The notes under the pieces are model-generated. The model was not told the DNA's origin. It saw only the letters and a program-made list of their open reading frames with translations, and ran no database searches. Below, in pieces: positions 35,574 through 45,692 of a DNA stretch of 64,000 nucleotides. Position numbers and translations under genes: made by a program. Location: assembly GCA_010093745.1 (NCBI GenBank), contig MU005983.1:1-64000 (forward strand). The letters run 5' to 3'. Source of the DNA: Piedraia hortae CBS 480.64. Lineage: Eukaryota. Numbering within the stretch: the stretch's first letter is position 1; each line of letters opens with the position of its first letter.

Positions 35574-36166
35574 ATGGGCGCCGCGCTCTCCCTGTTCGGG
35601 AAGCTACTCTGGAGTAAGAAAGAGATCCGTATCCTGATTTTGGGCCTGGACAATGCTGGCAAGACGACATTGCTGTACCGCCTCAAGATCGGCGAAGTGG
35701 TCACCACGATTCCGACCATCGGCTTCAACGTCGAGTCTGTTACCTATAAGAACCTTACTTTTAACGTGTGGGATCTCGGCGGTCAGACGTCCATTCGCCC
35801 TTATTGGCGATGCTATTTTGCCAACACCGCGGCCGTCATCTTTGTCATCGATAGCACGGATATTGAACGCCTGCAAACGGCCGCGGACGAGTTGAAGACT
35901 ATGCTGGACGATGACGAGCTAAAAGATGCGGCCTTGCTCGTGTTCGCGAATAAGCAGGATCAGCCCGGTGCAAAGAGTGCTGCCGAGATCAGTGAGGCTT
36001 TGAAGCTGGCACAGCTAAAGGATCGGAGTTGGAGTATCATGGCATGTAGTGCGATTGATGGTAGTGGCATCAATGAGGGTATGGACTGGTTAGTGGTAAG
36101 TTTGCGTCAAAGCTGTCAAGACTTGGCTGACAAGGTACCTAGCAAACTGTTGGTGAAGGGACTTGA
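35574..36166 (+). CDS. ARL1: ADP-ribosylation factor-like GTPase Arl1
   Basis: MG start, [28 protein letters not shown]. Intron 36096-36142 gives C-terminus QTVGEGT*. Confidence 0.95.
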
Positions 36167-36537
36167 GGTATTGGTCGGTTTAGTTCGTGCAAGGTGTTTG
36201 GAGTCATCGATTAAGAAAGGGTTTGTTAACTATCCTCGGTGTTCAGCTTCGGTGGGAGCAAGTTGACTGCCAAAGCCTATCTTGTTTTAATGTGCAATAG
36301 CCATCCCGGAAAGCTCTTTCAAAGGCTCTGACGTGAATTTCCCTGTTCATCTGACATCCTGAGTGCTGTGATGCTCATACGGCGGAAGGATTCCGCTTCA
36401 ACTTATGGACAACAACGCGGACTTGAATGGATCAGTCAATTGTCATTCATGTACAGCTAGCAATGGTTCTTGTAACATAATGCTTAATGATCAGAGTCTT
36501 TAAGCTGGATTTGGAGTTTTTGCGCTTGTAGAAGGAG

Positions 36538-37749
36538 ATGCTACCGGTTTTGATCCCAAGACAGATTGCTACTCGAACCATTGTGCACAATACATTCGCC
36601 CACACTATCAGTAGTGAGGGTCGGCAAAGAAGGCCTCAGCCTGAGTCAGAAGGAAAAGAGCACACTGAAGGGTCAACTCCGAAAAAACGCTGGAGATTCA
36701 ACATTCCCCAACAACTGTTTCCAAAGGCAAAAGAATGCAATCGCAACAATCAAGATCCACATGGAAGAGGACAAGATGCTCCACCAGAATCCAAGAAAAA
36801 GCCATGGATCTCTCCACCGATCAATCCCAAGCTTCAGCAGCCCTCTACCGAATCATCTCCATCCGTGCTAGTCCTCCTCGGAGCCAGCACAAACCTCACA
36901 GCCGATGACTTCCGGCGCCTGATGCCGCAGGGAAGGCACATTGAAAACTGGAAGCTCCCACATGGGCACATCACGCAGATTGTGCCTGGACGGGACATGG
37001 TTACACTGGAACAACTAAACTTCTACTTTCTCATCTTCGCCTCGCAGCACAGCGCATTTACCTACCAAGGGCACGTCACCAACATCTTCAAAGTCGTCAG
37101 CAGTCAGACGCCCAGCTCGGTTACATCTCCTTTACCTCCGCCACGAGGGTACATTATCAACAAAATCGATGCCCATGCCGCCATGGCGGCCTTCACGCTC
37201 GTCCCTCCGCCGCAGAAGATGCAACTGCGACAGCTGCGGCCGCCGCACTCGCCCATTATTGATCTGATAATCAAACATGGCGGGTACCCAGCGCTGGTGA
37301 ACCGGCGGGGTCGAACGGCGCATGAAGCGCGATTGACGCTTGAAGGCGCGCAGCTGACGCTGGCAACGGTGCGACAGATCCTGTTAACATCGGCGCAGAG
37401 CCTGGGCCTATCATGGAACGACGAAGCGGAAATCGTACCGCGCATATCCAAGTGGGAGCCGCAGTTCAACATGTCGCCTTTGTCGAGGTCGCAGGAAGCG
37501 TATGATCTGGCTGCGAAGCTCGACGCAACATCTGACACCCCTAAGCAAGACAAGGCAGAAAACTCCCCCAAGCCGAACATCCGCAGCGCAGCACGCATCG
37601 TATACATTCTCGGCTTCGAGACGCAGGGCGCACTGCAGCGGTTCATCGCCTTCTGGCACAGGAGGCACATGTGTTGGGAAGGCGTAGAGCGCAAGGGGAT
37701 CATCGAAGGCGATGAGCCGCCCATTGCCAACGTGGAGCACTTGTGGTAG
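36538..37749 (+). CDS. Hypothetical protein, possibly mitochondrial
   Basis: 403-aa ORF with an Arg-rich, acid-poor N-terminus and a structured-looking core (SVLVLLGASTNLTADDFRRL). No motif recognised with certainty. Confidence 0.7.
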   Translation: MLPVLIPRQIATRTIVHNTFAHTISSEGRQRRPQPESEGKEHTEGSTPKKRWRFNIPQQLFPKAKECNRNNQDPHGRGQDAPPESKKKPWISPPINPKLQQPSTESSPSVLVLLGASTNLTADDFRRLMPQGRHIENWKLPHGHITQIVPGRDMVTLEQLNFYFLIFASQHSAFTYQGHVTNIFKVVSSQTPSSVTSPLPPPRGYIINKIDAHAAMAAFTLVPPPQKMQLRQLRPPHSPIIDLIIKHGGYPALVNRRGRTAHEARLTLEGAQLTLATVRQILLTSAQSLGLSWNDEAEIVPRISKWEPQFNMSPLSRSQEAYDLAAKLDATSDTPKQDKAENSPKPNIRSAARIVYILGFETQGALQRFIAFWHRRHMCWEGVERKGIIEGDEPPIANVEHLW

Positions 37750-37755
37750 AAGAAA

Positions 37756-38538
37756 TCAGAAATCTAGCATTAATCCCGCCGCGATTCGCTCCAGATCTTC
37801 CTTTTCCAGCCATATGTCCATCTCACCTTCCTTCCCTACTGCTGCTCGTGCCATGGCCTCGCGCACGAACACGTCAATGTATCGCTGTAGCACGACAATC
37901 GCGTGCTTGTCGATTTTGGTGTCCTTGTTCTTGAAGTGCTCGTGCAGTAGGCGTATTAGCAGCGGTTGGGGGATCCCGGTCCCGCTTGCGTTAGGGGGTG
38001 GAAGCGCAGCACCAGTTGCTGCGGGGGAGTCCTGAAAAATTATGGAAGGGGATGAGTTTGCTCGTTTGCGATCCTGCCCTGGTGTGAAAAGGCTTTTGTC
38101 CTTGTCGCTGTCATCATCGTTTGCGTCGTTGTCGAATGATATCAATGATATGGATGTGGACGTTGGCGGATCTTTCGGAACCTTTTCCTTGGCTTTCCCG
38201 TTGCTTGTAGTCCTGGATGGGGGCTTGAAGCCTCTGTTATCGATGATGCCTTTGTTGAAGGCTGAGGCGGTTGTGAATCCTGGTTTAGTCGTAGCAGGAG
38301 GTGCCTGTTGAAGAGGATCGTCATCGAGCTCCTCGATGGGGCTTGTGGGTATTGTTGCGCCGAAGATGTCGCTTGCGGACGTGGTGGTGTTTATCGATTC
38401 AGTTCTTGCTAGTGCTGTCTTTGCTGTTGTGAATGCACTCGCCGCAGGTCGCGGAGGTTTATATGGAAGCGACTTTGTTTTAGAAGGGGGATATACGACT
38501 GTCTCTTTTTGCCTAGCTGTTTCTTTTCTTGGTGGCAT
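37756..38538 (-). CDS. MHF2: CENP-X/Mhf2 histone-fold protein with disordered N-terminal extension
   Basis: C-terminal IPQPLLIRLLHEHF..YIDVFVREAMARA..LEKEDLERIAAGLMLDF. Confidence 0.85.
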   Translation of the reverse strand: MPPRKETARQKETVVYPPSKTKSLPYKPPRPAASAFTTAKTALARTESINTTTSASDIFGATIPTSPIEELDDDPLQQAPPATTKPGFTTASAFNKGIIDNRGFKPPSRTTSNGKAKEKVPKDPPTSTSISLISFDNDANDDDSDKDKSLFTPGQDRKRANSSPSIIFQDSPAATGAALPPPNASGTGIPQPLLIRLLHEHFKNKDTKIDKHAIVVLQRYIDVFVREAMARAAVGKEGEMDIWLEKEDLERIAAGLMLDF

Positions 38539-38736
38539 TTTGCTTTGTGGCTAAAAGCTCTGCAGAGATCGGGCGTATAGAGGTGGGTCTGTCACTTCGC
38601 CCCGCCCTGGGACGTTTATCCAAAGCTCACCAACGGCAACGAAGCCAGATATGTGGTTGGCTCGAGCTACCCTCCCGTACCTATAGCCACTAATACGATG
38701 TACGAGTCATGTTTACATAATTCATTAGCTATACAT

Positions 38737-40503
38737 TTACTTCTTCCAGCCCTTGATAGCATCATCCACCGTCTTCCTAAATTCCCTCTGCTCCTGACAC
38801 ATCTTGAGAAAGACATCATACTTTGCGTTGAGCAATTTCTCCTCGTTTTCATCCTTGTTGGGATGTACTATCTTGCCAGGTTTGCTGAATTTGTCCATGA
38901 GCTTCCACAAAGACTCGGATTTGCCATTCTGATCCGTGGAAGCGGCTTTGGCTCCCAGCATGGCGGCACCGTGGACGACAGCTGCATGGACATATTGGGG
39001 GATTAGGACAGGCATTCCGCACGCTGTAGCGAGGAGCTCCATCAAGACCGGATTCTGGCATTGGGAGCCAGACATGAAGATTGATTTGATGACATGACCA
39101 GCTTCGTTCATCGACGTAATGATCTGGCGTGTCTGCAGAGCGATGAACTCCATTGTTGCGTAATAATATAGCGCTAAGCCGTTGATGCCCTTCTCGCTGC
39201 TCAGTCCAATTACCGATCCCTTCATGCTTGGATCGGCTACCGGTGAGCGGTTGCCCCAAAGGTCGCCGTAGAAGAAAAAGTGTCGACCGAGGTAGGAAAT
39301 TGTCGGCGCACTCTCCTTCTCCTTCATCTTGCGCAGCTGTTCGTTGAGGTAGTCGTAGATGTTGGTCTTGTCTGCCTCGGCCGCGGACTTGGCTTCTTGG
39401 TATGCTGGGTGCGTCTCGATGACGTGCTTCAGCAGCTCGCCAGTGGCGGATTGCCCGCCTTCGGCCATCCAGTAATCTGGTAGGATAACATCGCGATAGG
39501 GACCCCAGACGCCGTTCACAAAGACGGGCTTATCACTCATGGCTAGATGGCAGGTGGATGTCCCTGCTACGGCAGCAAGACGGGTAAACGCCTGGGACAC
39601 GTCATCCTTTGCTGCTCCTGCATTGAGTGCGTCCTCCCCAAGGTCAACCTTGGCGCCCACCGTCCCAATCCAACCAGCATATGCATCAATGACACCTGAG
39701 CCGACCGCAATGCCCGCTGGTAGCCCCAATTGGGAAGCAGCCTTCTCTGAAAGCCTTCCTATCAGCTCACCAGCCGTTAGGTAACGGCCATTTTCCTCAT
39801 TGACTCCACCCAGACGCTTGAAGTCATCTTTGCAGAGGTCTCCTAATCCGATAGCGGAAAGAAAATCCTCTTGCCAGCCTTTGACAGAGCCATCAACACC
39901 AACGGGCACAAACCCTTGTTTGCAGACGACCGAGCAGAAACTCCTTGTTTCCTGGTCGGTAGCCATGTGTGTCAATGCATCAGTCAAATCAAAAAACTTG
40001 CATTTATCGAACAACTCTTTGGGCATGTTGTTCTTCAGCCAGAGCACCTTTGGGATTTCCATCTCAATGCTCATCTGACCACCAACATAACGTAGGAGAT
40101 TATGTTTAGTGGCATTGATGGTCTTGGTTTCTTCAACAGGACGATGGTCGAGCCATAGGACAACATTCCTGTCCTTTCCATCCGCATTATCGAACTTTGG
40201 CCCCGTGACACAAACAGGCTGATCTGTCTCTGTGTGGAACACGGCCAAAGAACAAGTGGCGTCGAAGCCGATTCCACGGATAGACTCGGGCTTGACCTTG
40301 CTCTCTTTCAGAGCCTGCTGGACAGAATTACAGATACAGCGCCAGATATCCGTCGTAGACTGTTCATAGTAGCCCGGTTCGGGTTGCCAGAGGCCGATAT
40401 TCTCGCTGGCCATACCAACAATATCGCCTTTGTTGTTCATGATACATGCTCTTGCACTGCCGGTTCCGACATCGATACCGATGTAATTTTTCTCGGACGC
40501 CAT
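38737..40503 (-). CDS. FGGY-family carbohydrate (pentulose) kinase, YDR109C-like
   Basis: IGIDVGTGSARA, GIGFDATCSL, AGTSTCH, EGGQSATG, GNRSP. Confidence 0.93.
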   Translation of the reverse strand: MASEKNYIGIDVGTGSARACIMNNKGDIVGMASENIGLWQPEPGYYEQSTTDIWRCICNSVQQALKESKVKPESIRGIGFDATCSLAVFHTETDQPVCVTGPKFDNADGKDRNVVLWLDHRPVEETKTINATKHNLLRYVGGQMSIEMEIPKVLWLKNNMPKELFDKCKFFDLTDALTHMATDQETRSFCSVVCKQGFVPVGVDGSVKGWQEDFLSAIGLGDLCKDDFKRLGGVNEENGRYLTAGELIGRLSEKAASQLGLPAGIAVGSGVIDAYAGWIGTVGAKVDLGEDALNAGAAKDDVSQAFTRLAAVAGTSTCHLAMSDKPVFVNGVWGPYRDVILPDYWMAEGGQSATGELLKHVIETHPAYQEAKSAAEADKTNIYDYLNEQLRKMKEKESAPTISYLGRHFFFYGDLWGNRSPVADPSMKGSVIGLSSEKGINGLALYYYATMEFIALQTRQIITSMNEAGHVIKSIFMSGSQCQNPVLMELLATACGMPVLIPQYVHAAVVHGAAMLGAKAASTDQNGKSESLWKLMDKFSKPGKIVHPNKDENEEKLLNAKYDVFLKMCQEQREFRKTVDDAIKGWKK

Positions 40504-40727
40504 ACTTGTGGAAAAACAACGACGAGAACGAAGAAAAGAAAGATGAAAAATTTCTCAAGTCCAAGAGCTCTCAGATTTCTACATACATGCAAAATGATCT
40601 CAGCATGTTCCGCACATCCGGAATTCCCTTTTTGGCAATACCTTAGCCACGCCAAGTCCACAAGTGGCCTAGCGCGCGAACGTCAGTTGCCTTCCAGAAT
40701 AGAACCATAGGAAGACGCAACTCAACC

Positions 40728-41342
40728 ATGCTCATCCACCTCCTCCTAAGCCTGTTTCTCACAACCCTCGTGACAGCCTCCCAAGAACTAAACATCTACA
40801 GCTGGCCCCTCTCCGAATCGTCACCAACCCTCTTCGCCAGCCTACAATACAACACCACGTCCGCAACAGTCATCAAGCACAGCATTTCAACCACATCAAC
40901 TCCACCCGACGAAAAAGTCCGAATAGGTTTCTACACCTCCCCCGCAAAAACTCCATCCTCATGGCGGGGAATCGTCATCGCCTCACACTCACTCACCAAC
41001 CCCGAGCCCAAAAAACTCCTCCTCCACCTCAACTCCAAAGGAGAAGCCTACCATATCGGCCTCCAACCAAACTACAAACCCCAACAAAATGGCGATCTGG
41101 AGATAGAAGTCATCCCGCTGAAACCCGGCCCGCAGCCGGTCCTCAACACGCCCGTGGCGGTGAAAGGAGACGGAAGTCCCGTTGACGGAGACGGCAAAGA
41201 TGAGCAGAAGACGTTTCTGCAAAAGTTTGTCTATCCTCGTTACTTTCCTGGGTGTTTTGCTAATGTGTGGAACAGGTACTGGTGGGTTATTGTCGGGTTT
41301 TTGATCCTGCAGGTCGTTGCGGGGGGCGGGGCGCGGGAGTAG
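40728..41342 (+). CDS. ER membrane protein complex subunit 10-like protein
   Basis: Signal peptide, P-LN-P segment, KTFLQKYWW plus C-terminal TM helix after removing intron 41225-41275. Confidence 0.7.
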   Translation: MLIHLLLSLFLTTLVTASQELNIYSWPLSESSPTLFASLQYNTTSATVIKHSISTTSTPPDEKVRIGFYTSPAKTPSSWRGIVIASHSLTNPEPKKLLLHLNSKGEAYHIGLQPNYKPQQNGDLEIEVIPLKPGPQPVLNTPVAVKGDGSPVDGDGKDEQKTFLQKFVYPRYFPGCFANVWNRYWWVIVGFLILQVVAGGGARE

Positions 41343-41389
41343 GTGACTCGCTTCGCGTTATGATTCATAGGCGTCGCGGAGGAGGGAGG

Positions 41390-41695
41390 TTATGCTCTCT
41401 TCCCATCCCTTTCGTCGTCGGGGCCTGGGAAGTTTGAGGTTTGTGTTCGAGAACCGGGTTGTGGCATCCCGGGCATGGCTTGCTGCGCGAGCAATTCACG
41501 GTGGATTTCTCGACAGTCAGATTTGATCCTCTGCAGGGTCGTGTTGATCTCGGATGGTAGACCTGAGTGGATTTCAGATAGGGGGACGCTGCTGCGTTGT
41601 TTGGCGGCGGAAAGTTTGTGCATTTCACTCCGGGCGGATTCGAAGAGGATTTCGAGCTCGCGGATGAGAGGGCCTGCTGCGACTTCTCTGGGCAT
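41390..41695 (-). CDS. Small hypothetical protein (101 aa)
   Basis: ATG in an A-rich context (caaaaacATG), amphipathic helical sequence, fills the gap between flanking genes. Confidence 0.45.
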   Translation of the reverse strand: MPREVAAGPLIRELEILFESARSEMHKLSAAKQRSSVPLSEIHSGLPSEINTTLQRIKSDCREIHRELLAQQAMPGMPQPGSRTQTSNFPGPDDERDGKRA

Positions 41696-42068
41696 GTTTT
41701 TGTATAGAAGGGGGTGTAAGATTTGGTGGTGGTGGGATTAGGTAGAGGAATGTATATCTTGATGGCCTCTTTGTTCCAAGACGTTTGTGGTTGCTTCATG
41801 GGCGTCTACATTTTGAGAAATAATAACAGAGGCATTGTCATGGGTTTACTTTGTTTTATTATGTGAGATGGTCTGTTGCTGAGATAGAGGCAACGAGGTG
41901 GGTTTATTCGGTGGTGGTGATGATGATGGTGGTGTATAGATCTATTGTAGATGAACCGACGAATTTGCTCGTCTTTGTGATGCAAGAGGGATGGATGAAC
42001 AATGCCATGGTCTATCGTAAGTGCAATTTGCAACTGGAGAGATATTCACAGATCAAAGGTATGTCCAC

Positions 42069-43541
42069 TCACAACTTCGACTTGGGGCCAACCAGTGGAT
42101 CATACGCTCCCAGCGTTAGTGTATCCGTTGGCGACAAAGAAACATGCGTGCCAACGCGACCCTCGATCATATCGGGCCCTAGATCCTTGAGCGTTGGAGC
42201 CCCGATGAGCCGCATGTTCATTTCCATCTCATCCCTCAGCAAGGCCATTGCCCTATCCACACCTGGCAATCCGTACGCCGACATGGCATACAAAAACGGG
42301 CGTCCGATCCCTACACCCTTCGCACCAAGACAGAGGGCTTTGATTATGTCCGTCGCTCTCCGTAAGCCTCCATCAATGTACACTTCGATGCGATCTTGCA
42401 ATCCTCGTCGTCGGAGCTCAGGCATAACTTCGGCCAGGACTTCAATACCCGACCGCGCAAAGTCCAATTGACGTCCGCCGTGGTTGGAGAGAACAACACC
42501 TTGCACGCCCGCGTCTATTGCCTTTAGCACGTCTTCAACACGCTGCACACCCTTAAGAACTATTGGCATGGATGTGATCTCCTTGAACCATGGGATATCA
42601 TCCCAGTTTAGGGACGGATCGATGAAGGAAGATATTGCCCTTGCCGCACCCTGTGAGCGATCAACCTCACTCCCAGAGGTACTCTGCACGTTGGATCCGA
42701 CGTCGTCGAACTTGACTCGCATGTCTTTCTCTCGTCGACCGAGCTGAGGCGCATCAACGGTTATGAAGAGGCCTTTACAGCCGCGGGCTTCGGCGTGTTG
42801 AACGATGCGTTTGGTGATGTCGCGATTCTGATTGACGTACAACTGAAACCATTGCACCTGGTCTCCTTGGCGAGCATCGACGATTTCGTCAAATGAGCAT
42901 GACGCCAGGGTGGGGATCATTTGTATGACCCCATGCTTGTACGCGCCACGGGTGAGAACTACTTCACCTTCGGGATGGCCGAGTTTGCCGAGTGCGGTGG
43001 CGGTCACATAGAACGGCATGGATACCTTGGTGCCGAGCATCGTTGTGGAAAGATCAATGTTCCGAACATCCTGAAGGATGCGTGGACGGAACCAGAGCTT
43101 ATGAAAGGCCGAATGGTTCTCTCGCATCGTAATCTCATCGTCAGCCCCACTAGAATAGTACGCCCATGCCGTCTTCTTCATGACAGTCCTCGCGACGGCT
43201 TCAAAGTCGGTTAGATTATAGCATTGCTCGAGTGGGGGCATATTCTTTATCCGGCGCTGACGGTCTTCTTCGTCGGGGTCCTGGGGCATCTGCTCCTTTG
43301 CTACAGTGTCCATGTCCACGGGCCCCAGGTGTTTTTCAGGATTCAGGTACTTGTCCAGGGTATCTGGTGGATGGATAGGGTCGAATTCTTCTGTTGCATC
43401 GCCACCAGCGTGCTTGAGAATGATATTAGGGCCTCCTGGGTGGTCTGGCAAGAAGTCGGTGACATCGTAAACGCGACCATGGATGATGACCCAGCAGGAT
43501 TCGCGAGAGTTATGTTTGGCAACCTCGTCTCCGGTAAGCAT
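42069..43541 (-). CDS. CYB2: Flavocytochrome b2-like FMN-dependent alpha-hydroxy-acid dehydrogenase with PTS1
   Basis: Cyt b5 domain (HPGG), AWAYYSSGA, LSNHGGRQLD, DGGLRRATD. Ends in SKL. Confidence 0.9.
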   Translation of the reverse strand: MLTGDEVAKHNSRESCWVIIHGRVYDVTDFLPDHPGGPNIILKHAGGDATEEFDPIHPPDTLDKYLNPEKHLGPVDMDTVAKEQMPQDPDEEDRQRRIKNMPPLEQCYNLTDFEAVARTVMKKTAWAYYSSGADDEITMRENHSAFHKLWFRPRILQDVRNIDLSTTMLGTKVSMPFYVTATALGKLGHPEGEVVLTRGAYKHGVIQMIPTLASCSFDEIVDARQGDQVQWFQLYVNQNRDITKRIVQHAEARGCKGLFITVDAPQLGRREKDMRVKFDDVGSNVQSTSGSEVDRSQGAARAISSFIDPSLNWDDIPWFKEITSMPIVLKGVQRVEDVLKAIDAGVQGVVLSNHGGRQLDFARSGIEVLAEVMPELRRRGLQDRIEVYIDGGLRRATDIIKALCLGAKGVGIGRPFLYAMSAYGLPGVDRAMALLRDEMEMNMRLIGAPTLKDLGPDMIEGRVGTHVSLSPTDTLTLGAYDPLVGPKSKL

Positions 43542-44455
43542 GTTGTTATTCACAGTTTACAGATGCGTGTGTTCTGCTTGGACGATTTCGTAGAATTGCG
43601 CGGGGTCATGCCTCGGTGGCTGCAGGTCAAGAGGCTGGGATCCGAAAAGTTTGTCTGAGCGTCCATGCGGACAATTTTCTTGATTGGAATCCCATATGCA
43701 AGTGTCAATGTTGGTTTCATCAGTCCCTCAACTGCCACAACGAATATCTAGATTATGGAAGACTCCATTTACCGTACATGCAACGCATTTCCTATCTCAT
43801 AACGCTGCGAGTCACCTCTCTCATCAAGTTTCCCAAAGTTATTCTATTAATTTGACCTTGGTTTGTTTGCCTGTGTACTCCTATTTACATCTCAACAGTT
43901 TCATGAGGGTTGCGTAAACTTCCGGCTATACACAATCCTACTTTGAAAGCCTGCAGCTGCTTCAATCCATTGAACATTAATTCAAATAGTGCCACTTAGG
44001 GAATGGCGGTCGGAATCGAGACCAAGCATGATGTAACTACCCGTTGGGACATATGTCAGATTGCTTGTAGCCATGCAAGCTGTATGATACCCTGCAGGGT
44101 TAAAGGAGTGGTGTCGAAATTCACAACTGTCATGATGCTAGCCTCGCCAGACCAGTGGAGTCACGTACACACTGCTAGCCTCATTGTGGACAAGCCGCAT
44201 ACCTGCATAAACTAACTTTCTAGCCGGAGTGTGACAAGTACGCCATCCACAAGTCCAATCGCGCATCGGCCCAAACTCAGACACTACAAATACATTTGAT
44301 CATCATCCCCTCCCGTATTTTTCATGGTAAAAGAAGCCGCAACTGAACCAGATTCCAGAACAGCCGGTCGCTGCCCAAGCTGTGGGCCGTCTTGCGAGAA
44401 ACGGCAGATCCTTCATCGCAGAACGCCAGTCACGCCATATTAAGTCTGGGATGTT

Positions 44456-45692
44456 TCATGCTCCGCTGCGATATTGCTGCGTGTAAGAGGTCTGGGGATA
44501 AGGCTGCGAACCGTACATCTGCCCAGAGTACTGCGACGTGGAAGAGGATGCGTCTACAGTTTGGGGGCCCCCGTATTGTTGCGGCTGGCCAGTTCCCGCC
44601 GCCTGGTACCCCATGGGCGGAGCTTGCATCATGTGCGAGCCACCAAATCCGCTGGTCTGGCTACCTTGATCGGCACCAGTGCGACCCGCCTCCTGCCGAG
44701 CGCGCTCCTCGTCCTGCTTACGCTGATTATCCTCTTCCTTCTTCTTCGCTTTCCATTCTTTCCGAATCTCCTTAAATTCTACCAGGTCGTCAGCAATCGC
44801 CTACCACGCGTCCAGACTACTCACCATCGGGTGTGCGCTTGGCGCCGTGCGACTGCATCGTTACATGCGCATTCAGATGGTTGAGCGTACCGTATGCCTT
44901 TTCACACCCATTCCACCCGCACTTATACATGCGTTCGATTTCTTCATAGCGACGCCGCGGACGCTTATGTTGCTGCGCTCCGGGTATGGGTACAAATGAG
45001 TAGACGGTCGAAAGCGGGTGGCCGCCGCCAGGCGGGCGAGCAGTCATGTTGGGGGCTCCTGCAGATGACGGGTGCTGGTATACAGGCGCGTAATGGGTAG
45101 CCCAGTCCGGCCGATACATAGCCTGCTGGGTGGCATAGGCCGGCAACTCGTGGTGCGGCGTGCTATATGGGCCATAGCCCGGCGGCGGATATGTCGGACT
45201 TGATTGGGCCACAGATGACGCTAGAGGGTCAGAATCGTGACCAAACGGGCGCGGCTAGCCTAACTTACTTGGTGTCTGCGTCATGGGATGGCCGCCAGGA
45301 TAGCGCGTGGCCTGGCCATACTCAGGGAACGAGCCGGACCGTGCCGACTGAGGCAAGGCGTACTCTGAAGTTGGCGTCGCTGCGGCAGAATAAGACTTGC
45401 TGCTACCTCCGCTGGTTGGCGCAGTTCCCTTGGCATTGGGCGTGTCATTGGCTGCTGCGGCATTGTTACTACCATCATTGTTGTTGGTACTGCTACCGGC
45501 CTCGTGCGGCGCGGCCTCGGCGCCCGGCGCCTCGCGATCCTCCATGTGCGCGTGCGCGTGCGGCGTGTGGTGCGCGTGGGCGTCTTGCTGCAGCTGCGAC
45601 GCGAGGATGGCACCCAGCGGGTTCTCGCTGTCGTCGCGGCGGCCGCGATTCGATTGGGGCCTCTGGTGCGACGCAGATGGGGCACGCGACAT
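44456..45692 (-). CDS. CON7: C2H2 zinc-finger transcription factor Con7
   Basis: VYSFVPIPGAQQHKRPRRRYEEIERMYKCGWNGCEKAYGTLNHLNAHV..EFKEIRKEWK. Introns 45268-45221 and 44824-44779. Confidence 0.9.
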
